Part shown: positions 52,979-59,741 of the stretch, piece after piece
Position numbering within the stretch: position 1 is the first letter of the stretch
How the letters are laid out: each line of letters begins with the position of its first letter
Origin: an uncultured Thermoproteaceae archaeon
GTDB lineage: Archaea > Thermoproteota > Thermoprotei > Thermoproteales > Thermocladiaceae
NCBI GenBank assembly: GCA_964575955.1
Contig: CAZNTG010000007.1
Coordinates: forward strand, 65,277 to 129,276
DNA: 64,000 nucleotides
Direction: 5' to 3'
The notes under the pieces: generated by a model
Seen by the model: the letters and a program-made list of their open reading frames with translations, nothing else
What the model was told of the DNA's origin: nothing
Databases searched by the model: none
Made by a program: the position numbers and the translations under genes

Positions 52979-53548
52979 ATGATATACATCCCTGAGAGAA
53001 AGTTTGATAGAGTTGGAAAGTTGTTGCTTTATGCAAATTTTGTATTTATAATATTCATAGTTTTATTATCAATATTCTTCTACTATACATTGCCTGATGT
53101 TGTACCTGTACATTTTGATTATAGAGGACTTCCAGATTCTTATGGTAGTAAGATTGTCATACTCTACATTGCTATGGCTTTAATATCTGCACAGATAATT
53201 CTTCTATTGGTTGTGGTTTATAGATTTAAGATTGTTAATAAGTATCCATATTTAGTAAGTTATCCATTAATAACGATATTGATAGGTAGTGATAGGATAA
53301 GTCCAGATAGAAAATCTCACTATATTAATGAGATTGGTAAGGTAACATTGATAGAAAATTTGTTACTAGGTATTTTAAATGTGTATATTCTATACGATAC
53401 TTACATATCTATGATATGTAGATATGTGGTATATCCACTATGGACTGTAGTATTTATGATAATTCCAATAGTTATATATCCAATAATTGCTTATAGAAGA
53501 CTGTACTCTAGATTGAAGAGTGAGATTGACGGCCCCGCCGGGATTTGA
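52979..53548 (+). CDS. DUF1648 (SdpI-like) membrane protein
   Basis: YYTLPDVVPVHFDYRGLPDSYGSK; four TMs; stop lies inside antisense tRNA. Confidence 0.8.
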   Translation: MIYIPERKFDRVGKLLLYANFVFIIFIVLLSIFFYYTLPDVVPVHFDYRGLPDSYGSKIVILYIAMALISAQIILLLVVVYRFKIVNKYPYLVSYPLITILIGSDRISPDRKSHYINEIGKVTLIENLLLGILNVYILYDTYISMICRYVVYPLWTVVFMIIPIVIYPIIAYRRLYSRLKSEIDGPAGI

Positions 53549-53603
53549 ACCCGGGACCAGCGGCTCCGGTGGCCGCCGCTCTTCCTGGCTGAGCTACGGG
53601 GCC
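53530..53603 (-). tRNA. tRNA-Arg(CCG) with A at position 33; CCA not encoded
   Basis: Revcomp GGCCCCG-TAGCTCAG...GCGGC-CACCGGA-GCCGC...GGTTCAAATCC...CGGGGCC-G. Confidence 0.9.
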
Positions 53604-53644
53604 TTTAATCATGTTTTTATACTGTGTATAATATCTATTTCTGT

Positions 53645-53693
53645 ATGATGAACATGGGAACGACAGATTGGTGAAGATGGCTTGATATGCTGA
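53645..53693 (+). ncRNA. Box C/D sRNA
   Basis: ATGATGA-ACATGGGAACGA-CAGA-TTG-GTGAAGA-TGGCTTGATATG-CTGA. Confidence 0.85.
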
Positions 53694-53727
53694 TTTGTTA
53701 AATACGTGCTAGAGTTTTAGTATATCA

Positions 53728-53757
53728 ATGATGAGCGCTCTGTATCTTAGGTAGATG
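53728..53757 (+). ncRNA. 5' half of a box C/D sRNA interrupted by the TnpB element
   Basis: ATGATGA-GCGCTCTGTAT-CTTA-GGTAG-ATG| joins |ATAA-ACTCGGATACGG-CTGA at 55368-55387. Confidence 0.7.
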
Positions 53758-53951
53758 CTGAGAAAGAACCCGGGTTTCTGTCCGCATATGCTTTCATGTG
53801 TGCATATGCGGTTTTTTCTTCTCATTCTTTCGGGTCTTCTGTTCCATCTTCATAAACCCGTGCCTCGTGGAGTCCCCTACTCGAGGTTTATCCGTGGGAC
53901 GGGAACTTCAGCCCCACGGACACATCCCTCGGTTCAGGAACCCCACGGTAC
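53740..53951 (-). ncRNA. Putative TnpB omega-RNA (scaffold 53951-53758 plus flanking guide)
   Basis: Hairpins CCGCATATGC/GCATATGCGG, TCCGTGGG/CCCACGGA, CCTCG/CGAGG inside ATAAACC/GGTTTAT; BRE-TATA GAGAAAAG-TTTAAA about 29 nt upstream on the minus strand. Confidence 0.65.
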
Positions 53952-53952
53952 A

Positions 53953-54026
53953 TTAGAAACCTTGTTTAACAGGATTTAAACTTTTCTCTAACGAAAAGGT
54001 TAGAAACCTCAGGGGCATTTTCTAAC
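53953..54026. promoter_or_regulatory. Divergent promoters with operator-like repeats
   Basis: TTAGAAACCT at 53953-53962 and 54000-54009; inverted repeat GTTAGAAA (53999-54006) / TTTCTAAC (54019-54026); TTTAAA at 53975-53980. Confidence 0.6.
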
Positions 54027-54028
54027 GT

Positions 54029-54217
54029 ATGAAGACTCTTGTTGCTATAGGCAAGATATACAAGTTTGGGGACAAGGTACAGATCTATGTTCAGGCAGAC
54101 TATGCTCAATTGTTTGAGGAACATATAAACAAGCCATGTCAACTAATTGTCCTAGTTCCTGAAAACGAAGCTGAGGAACTTGTCCTACAGAAACAGTTTG
54201 CAAGAAGAAAACAATGA
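54029..54217 (+). CDS. Small AbrB/MazE-like swapped-hairpin protein
   Basis: IGKIYKFGDKVQIYVQADYAQLFE...KPCQLIVLV pattern; ATGA overlap with tnpB. Confidence 0.6.
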   Translation: MKTLVAIGKIYKFGDKVQIYVQADYAQLFEEHINKPCQLIVLVPENEAEELVLQKQFARRKQ

Positions 54218-55371
54218 GCTACAGAACTATTAATTTACCATTCAAACTGTCGGGAGATGTTGCAAATAAACTAATCTTCACAGCATGGATGTTTAGGAGC
54301 GCAGTAACGACAGTATTTGAAAAAGTCAAACAGATTTGCAATGGTTATCCAACAAAGAGTTTTATCGAAAAGAATTTTGCAGATGTTGCAAAGAGGTTTC
54401 TACCCCTAGCACATTATGCTTATACTGCATGCAGATTAGTATACGAAATCTGTGCAAGTTGTAGAGAACTCAAGGTACCTCTACAAGATGTCGAATTTAG
54501 CAACTGGCTCTTTGTCGAATGTAGAGGTGACCCTAGTGCAAAAGGTAATCAAGGAATAAAACTACTAGACTTAACAACATGTAGGGCAAAGCTCTTAGTT
54601 GAACATGGTAGACTTAGCGAGTTCACCTTTAAGGTCACCCTACCCAAGTCAAGACGTTTCAGATACATGCTAGAGGAACTTCTACAATTATGTCAGGTAA
54701 AGAAGGCAAGCTATGATGCTAGACTGTACATTAACTCTTACTGTCCAAATAGGGTTTATGGTGTCTTACAAGTAACTGTTCTTGAACATATTTGGAGAAA
54801 GTATGTGCAAAGAGACTCTGAAGTAATTACTCCAAGAGATGCTGAGTATGTGCTTGGGTTTGATGTAAATGCGGATAATATTGCATACTGTTTAGTAGAT
54901 CTTGATGGCAAGCTAGTTGAGCATGGTGCAATTTACTTTACGCACCTAGTCACGCAGGGTAGATGCAGTAAAGGTGCTAGGGGTTTTGTCATCAGGGAGC
55001 TTCACAAGCTCTTTGCAGAGCAGAAACTGTACAGGGAGAGGAAGTTCGTAGTTGCAGTAGAGAATCCAGAGGTTCTGAGCAAGTTAAAGCTTGTGTGGAT
55101 AAGGCATGGAGAGAGAAAACATGAACATTATAACTACTGGGTCTCAATCTTCAGACCATCACTTGCACACAACATTGTGCAAGCAGCAGATGAATGGGGA
55201 ATAACATGTATATTCGTTAATCCTAGAGGAACAACACACTCAGGAGAACATAAGCAGATAATGAAAACATTCGGAATAGATAGACACAGAGCATCAGCCT
55301 ACCTGATAGCAAAGAGAGCACTAGAACAACTTAGACAGGGCAAGAATATACAAACATATTCGCTCATATAA
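54214..55371 (+). CDS. tnpB: TnpB-related RuvC protein lacking the zinc finger
   Basis: RuvC-I VLGFDVN, RuvC-II VAVENP, VNPRGTT, RuvC-III variant DRHRASAYLIAKRAL; no CxxC pairs. Confidence 0.85.
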   Translation: MSYRTINLPFKLSGDVANKLIFTAWMFRSAVTTVFEKVKQICNGYPTKSFIEKNFADVAKRFLPLAHYAYTACRLVYEICASCRELKVPLQDVEFSNWLFVECRGDPSAKGNQGIKLLDLTTCRAKLLVEHGRLSEFTFKVTLPKSRRFRYMLEELLQLCQVKKASYDARLYINSYCPNRVYGVLQVTVLEHIWRKYVQRDSEVITPRDAEYVLGFDVNADNIAYCLVDLDGKLVEHGAIYFTHLVTQGRCSKGARGFVIRELHKLFAEQKLYRERKFVVAVENPEVLSKLKLVWIRHGERKHEHYNYWVSIFRPSLAHNIVQAADEWGITCIFVNPRGTTHSGEHKQIMKTFGIDRHRASAYLIAKRALEQLRQGKNIQTYSLI

Positions 55372-55387
55372 ACTCGGATACGGCTGA
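55368..55387 (+). ncRNA. 3' half of the interrupted box C/D sRNA
   Basis: ATAA-ACTCGGATACGG-CTGA, an orphan 12-nt guide plus D box. Confidence 0.65.
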
Positions 55388-55388
55388 T

Positions 55389-55439
55389 TCAGCTAACTCT
55401 GACATCTTCATTATTTCTGTTTGGCGAAGCTTTCATCAC
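55389..55439 (-). ncRNA. Box C/D sRNA; D guide matches 23S helix 69
   Basis: Revcomp GTGATGA-AAGCTTCGCCAAA-CAGA-AATA-ATGAAGA-TGTCAGAGTTAG-CTGA; GTCAGAGTTA is complementary to recalled archaeal 23S UAACUCUGAC. Confidence 0.87.
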
Positions 55440-55451
55440 TTCACACTTCTA

Positions 55452-55907
55452 CTATAGTATCTTTTCAGCTATTTGAAGATTTATTGGATGCATACATGGT
55501 ATCTCTCTTATACCTTTCAAATTGTTTATAAACTTCATTAACTCATCTTCAGATTTCTCTTTAACTAGTTTAGATACCTTATCTATAACATTCCTAATCT
55601 TATCTTCGAGATTATTATAAATCTTCTCAGCTTCCTCTCTATTAGAGATCTTGTAAACTCCACCTTCTTGCTTCACTATCTTTGTATCATTTATCAATTC
55701 ATCAAGAACATTTTGAACATCATGTCTATTATCAGGATATATAGAGTAGTGATATTTTTTCCATTGAAGTCCTGTTATAGGTCTACCGATATCTACTTGA
55801 GATACATAATCTACGAGAAGTAGAAATTGAAACAGTTTTGTTCTACTCAACCCATCACACCTATATATTCCAGATAGAACTATCTCAGTCAAACACGTCA
55901 TACACAT
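55452..55907 (-). CDS. Panacea/SocA (DUF4065)-like antitoxin, divergent
   Basis: RTKLFQFLLLVD...GRPITGLQWKKYHYSIY resembles TKL.KLLY..D...G.PITG......YGP. Confidence 0.6.
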   Translation of the reverse strand: MCMTCLTEIVLSGIYRCDGLSRTKLFQFLLLVDYVSQVDIGRPITGLQWKKYHYSIYPDNRHDVQNVLDELINDTKIVKQEGGVYKISNREEAEKIYNNLEDKIRNVIDKVSKLVKEKSEDELMKFINNLKGIREIPCMHPINLQIAEKIL

Positions 55908-55939
55908 TTAAATAGCTCTAACCAATGTTTAAATATTAA

Positions 55940-55989
55940 ATGATGAGTGCGGTCGAAGCAGACTTATGAAGAGGGCTTAACGGAACTGA
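55940..55989 (+). ncRNA. Box C/D sRNA; D guide matches 16S rRNA
   Basis: ATGATGA-GTGCGGTCGAAG-CAGA-CTT-ATGAAGA-GGGCTTAACGGAA-CTGA; GGGCTTAACGG is complementary to recalled crenarchaeal 16S CCGUUAAGCCC. Confidence 0.88.
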
Positions 55990-56026
55990 TTTACGATAAC
56001 GTTTTTATAAAAGGTAGTGCCTCTAT

Positions 56027-56827
56027 ATGAACGTGGTAATAAGAGTTAAAGACCTCGTTGTGAAATTGAAATCTGAGCCCATACTTAAGAAAGTTAACAT
56101 GGAGATTTCAGGTAAATGTATACTACTAGGACCAAATGGAAGTGGAAAGACAACACTTATCAAAACCATATTAGGAATGTTGAATATTGATGATGGAGAT
56201 GTTGAAATTGATGGTAAGAGTATTAAGGAGATCAGTAGAGCTCTAGGTTACGTATCTACAAATCTAATTGATGCATATACGTTAATACCAACGAATTTGA
56301 GAAATACATTCCTACTATATAACGATCTGCTGAATGTAGATTTATCTCTTGCAAATGAGATGTTAGAAATGTTTTCTATGAGTAAAGACGTGCTTAAGAA
56401 GAATATATGGGAACTCTCTACAGGACAAAGAAAGATCGTTACTCTAATACTCGCACTATCTTCAAAATGTAGACACATACTTCTAGATGAACCATTTGAA
56501 GATGTAGATCCAGCTAGGAAAAAGAAAATAATAGATCTACTTAAAACAATAAATTCAAATGTACTACTAAGCATTCATGAGACTTGGCTATTAAACATAT
56601 TTAAAGACTGGAACTGCTACATAATGATAAGTGGAAAAGCTTATGGTCCTGTCAAAATTGCAGATCTACTAGAAGCAAGAATTGTTAGGGGATCTCACGA
56701 GAGATCTATACTCACTATAACTATAGGAGACAGTACTATAAGCATTGTTAAGGACGTTGATGAAGGTATCCCGATAAGCCAAATCTCAACTCTCGATAGA
56801 ATATTCGAAGTGGTATACTATTACTAA
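56027..56827 (+). CDS. ABC exporter ATP-binding protein
   Basis: GPNGSGKTT, LSTGQRK, LLDEPFE. Confidence 0.88.
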   Translation: MNVVIRVKDLVVKLKSEPILKKVNMEISGKCILLGPNGSGKTTLIKTILGMLNIDDGDVEIDGKSIKEISRALGYVSTNLIDAYTLIPTNLRNTFLLYNDLLNVDLSLANEMLEMFSMSKDVLKKNIWELSTGQRKIVTLILALSSKCRHILLDEPFEDVDPARKKKIIDLLKTINSNVLLSIHETWLLNIFKDWNCYIMISGKAYGPVKIADLLEARIVRGSHERSILTITIGDSTISIVKDVDEGIPISQISTLDRIFEVVYYY

Positions 56828-56918
56828 ATGCGACATTATTAAAAATGTTTAAGTATCGAAGTAGGAGTTTTGAGATGGAGTAATATTTATAGAATCTCGT
56901 AACGTATAATCATCGTCA

Positions 56919-57740
56919 ATGTTTAGTAGGTATCTCATGTATAGAGTAAAGGAGGGGGGTCTAAGTAAACATGCAATCTTTTGGGGACTTTTATTCATAG
57001 AGTTTTGGATATTTATGGATGTTCTAGTGTTTGGAAAGAACATACCCAATTTATTGCCTGTCATAAGATCATACGCTGGTAGTGTATATGCAACACTTAT
57101 ACCATTAACATTAGCGTCATTAAGTATAAGTTTCTATTTTATAACACTTTATGGATTAGCATCATTCAGATATGTTACAAAATTTGGGAAGTATACTAGC
57201 CTAAGAATATTAGCTGAAGATATAATAGCTGTAATAGTTACATCAGTACTATATGGAACTTTAGTTTTGATCTCTGTGATAGCATTATTTCAACTATACA
57301 AAGGTGTCCCAGTAATCCCATCAAACGTTCCAGGACTATACCTAAACATCGTGTTAATGGGTATTGAAGTTTATCTTCTTGGGTATGTACTATCTCTACT
57401 TGTCGCTAAGGTTGGTGCTGTTAGAAGTGCTAAGTATATACCATTCGCAATATTGATGCTTGCATTTCTCACATTTATACCTGCATCAACTGATTTTGGA
57501 AACTTGATATATGTATTACCAATACTTAACTGTGCTGGTTTAATATTTTGGAGCTTTATTGGAAAGATACCTCCTAGAGGAGGTTGGTGGTATTCTACAA
57601 TGTTTTCAGGAAGTTATCCTCAGCTTAATATAGGTCTATGCTACGTCTCAACTATTGTGTGGATAGTCGTGCTATTCTTAATATCTTTAAGATTGTTAAA
57701 GACTACAAATCCCATACCTGTTGAAGAACTTGTAAGGTAA
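56919..57740 (+). CDS. ABC-2-type membrane permease
   Basis: About six TMs; follows ABC ATPase. Confidence 0.65.
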   Translation: MFSRYLMYRVKEGGLSKHAIFWGLLFIEFWIFMDVLVFGKNIPNLLPVIRSYAGSVYATLIPLTLASLSISFYFITLYGLASFRYVTKFGKYTSLRILAEDIIAVIVTSVLYGTLVLISVIALFQLYKGVPVIPSNVPGLYLNIVLMGIEVYLLGYVLSLLVAKVGAVRSAKYIPFAILMLAFLTFIPASTDFGNLIYVLPILNCAGLIFWSFIGKIPPRGGWWYSTMFSGSYPQLNIGLCYVSTIVWIVVLFLISLRLLKTTNPIPVEELVR

Positions 57741-57791
57741 GTTTGAAGATACTTCCCTAAGCTTTAAATTTCTAGCTAGCTAAACTATAGC

Positions 57792-59171
57792 TTGATGTCT
57801 AGATATCCTCGACTCTTTGGTACTAATGGTGTTAGAGGTGTTGTAAATGTTGAACTTACACCACAATTTGTAACAAGGCTTGGACTTGCAATAGGTACAT
57901 ACTTTTCAGGTAAGGAAGTTCTTGTAGGTTGGGATTCTAGAACATCTAGTGAATATGTTGCAAATATAGTTAAGGGTTGTCTAGTTGCTTGTGGATGTGA
58001 TGTATATGAGGTTGGTCTAGCACCAACACCAACAATACAATACCTAGTTAAGAGACATGGTTTTGATGGTGCTGTCATAGTAACAGCTAGCCATAATCCA
58101 CCACAGTATAATGGTATTAAGGTTGTTGGTCCTAGAGGAATAGAAATTCCTAGAGGAGAAGAGGAGGAGATTGAAGAACTTTACTGGGAAGAGAAGTTTA
58201 GCTTAAAACCATATAACGAGCTTGGAAATATTCATGATGCTAGATATCTCCTAAATACATATATTGAAGATGTTTTAAGTAGAGTTGATATTGATAAGAT
58301 AAGGAGAGCTAATCTTAAAGTTGTTATAGATTGTGCAAATGGTGCAGGGTCACTTATAATACCTGAAATTTTGAAAAGAGCGGGAGTTAGATATCTAGCA
58401 TTGAACTCCTATCCTGATGGTAGATTTCCAGATAGACCACCAGAGCCAAGACCAGACACAGTTGTAGATTTGATAAAGACTGTTAAAGATCTTGGATGTA
58501 TAGGTATTGCATATGATGGTGATGCTGATAGATCAATATTCATAGATGAGACAGGAGAGTTTTTATGGGGTGATAGGTCAGGTACGATAATTGCACAACA
58601 CATAGTTGATAGAGAGAAAGATTATAGTAGAATTGTTGTAACACCTGTATCATCATCAAAACTTGTTGAAGAAGTTTTAGAGAAGTATGATATAAAGATT
58701 GAGTGGACTCCTGTAGGTGCTATAAATGTATCATATAAGATTCTTGATACAGGAGCATTCTGCGGCTTTGAGGAAAATGGAGGATTCCTCTACACTAGAC
58801 ATAACCCCGTTCGTGATGGTCCTATGACAACGATGTTAATGCTAAATCTACTTGCAGAACTTGGAGTAAAACTACATGAACTTTATGAAAAACTTCCAAA
58901 GTACTATGCAGTGAAGATTAGAGTTGAAGTAAAACCTGAAGAGAAGGAGAAATTTGGAAAAGTTATAGAAATTTTGAAAGAAGAATATTCGAAATATAGA
59001 CAGATATTTCTAGATGGTATTAGAGTTGATATGGAAGATGGATGGTTTCTTGTTAGACCTAGTGGTACAGAGCCTATTATTAGGATATTTGTAGAACATA
59101 GAGATCCAGAAAAAGCTCAAGAACTTGCTAATAAGCTTAAGAATGTTGTAGAAAAAGTGTTGAAAGGTTAG
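57792..59171 (+). CDS. Phosphoglucosamine / phosphomanno-glucomutase
   Basis: LFGTNGVRG, TASHNPPQYNGIK, DGDADR, GFEENGG, VRPSGTEP. Confidence 0.95.
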   Translation: MMSRYPRLFGTNGVRGVVNVELTPQFVTRLGLAIGTYFSGKEVLVGWDSRTSSEYVANIVKGCLVACGCDVYEVGLAPTPTIQYLVKRHGFDGAVIVTASHNPPQYNGIKVVGPRGIEIPRGEEEEIEELYWEEKFSLKPYNELGNIHDARYLLNTYIEDVLSRVDIDKIRRANLKVVIDCANGAGSLIIPEILKRAGVRYLALNSYPDGRFPDRPPEPRPDTVVDLIKTVKDLGCIGIAYDGDADRSIFIDETGEFLWGDRSGTIIAQHIVDREKDYSRIVVTPVSSSKLVEEVLEKYDIKIEWTPVGAINVSYKILDTGAFCGFEENGGFLYTRHNPVRDGPMTTMLMLNLLAELGVKLHELYEKLPKYYAVKIRVEVKPEEKEKFGKVIEILKEEYSKYRQIFLDGIRVDMEDGWFLVRPSGTEPIIRIFVEHRDPEKAQELANKLKNVVEKVLKG

Positions 59172-59227
59172 TAATTTACAACATTTTCCGATACAGTTAT
59201 CAATTAGGTAGAATAACATTAAGATAC

Positions 59228-59695
59228 ATGTCTTCCCAACAGGTAGTTGTAGCTGAGAGAAAGGTTAGAAAGGTCAAAGGTAGAAGACTTGTAGTTCGTG
59301 ACTATGAGTCATGTGTTGGATGTGGATTATGCATGCTAGCATGCTCACGTAGACAGGGATATTTAGGATTTGGTAAATCTGCAATAGTTGTAAGATCTAT
59401 GGGTGGATTTGAGAGAGGATTTTCAATAATTGTATGTAGACTATGTCAAGATCCACCGTGTGTACGTGCATGTCCAATGGATGCAATTGAGAGAAGGGGA
59501 ATAGTACTATATGTAAATTATGATAAGTGTATTGGATGTAAGAAGTGTGTTGATGCATGTATAGTAGGTGCAATACAGTGGGATGAAGAACAGAATAAGC
59601 CACTAATGTGTACACATTGTGGATTTTGTGCAATGTTTTGCCCACATAACGTACTTACAGTTGAGGAAATTGAGCTTGAAATACCTGAAGAGTGA
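59228..59695 (+). CDS. 4Fe-4S dicluster (DmsB/HydN-like) electron-transfer protein
   Basis: CVGCGLCMLAC, CRLCQDPPCVRACP, CIGCKKCVDAC, CTHCGFCAMFCP. Confidence 0.92.
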   Translation: MSSQQVVVAERKVRKVKGRRLVVRDYESCVGCGLCMLACSRRQGYLGFGKSAIVVRSMGGFERGFSIIVCRLCQDPPCVRACPMDAIERRGIVLYVNYDKCIGCKKCVDACIVGAIQWDEEQNKPLMCTHCGFCAMFCPHNVLTVEEIELEIPEE

Positions 59696-59741
59696 AACCT
59701 TAATCTAAAAATATCTCCTCAAGTAAAATACTTGGCAATCT

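Larger units (their letters stand above)
53758..55367 (-). mobile_element. Non-autonomous IS200/IS605-type (TnpB-only) element, 1610 bp
   Basis: Minus strand TTTAT|ATGAGC...TTTCTCAG|; no TSD; subterminal hairpins; removal restores a C/D sRNA; GC higher than flanks. Confidence 0.75.

Noticed and set aside
53755-53979. 74-aa + strand ORF upstream of tnpB
   Set aside because: Covers the hairpin-rich RNA-like block, has atypical composition and starts across the element junction; likely spurious
53731-55367. ATGAGCG/CGCTCAT as terminal inverted repeats
   Set aside because: Only 7 bp, no target-site duplication, and the left copy is part of the sRNA C box/guide
50347-56000. Integrated provirus or plasmid at tRNA-Glu
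   Set aside because: No integrase and no attR copy of the tRNA 3' end seen
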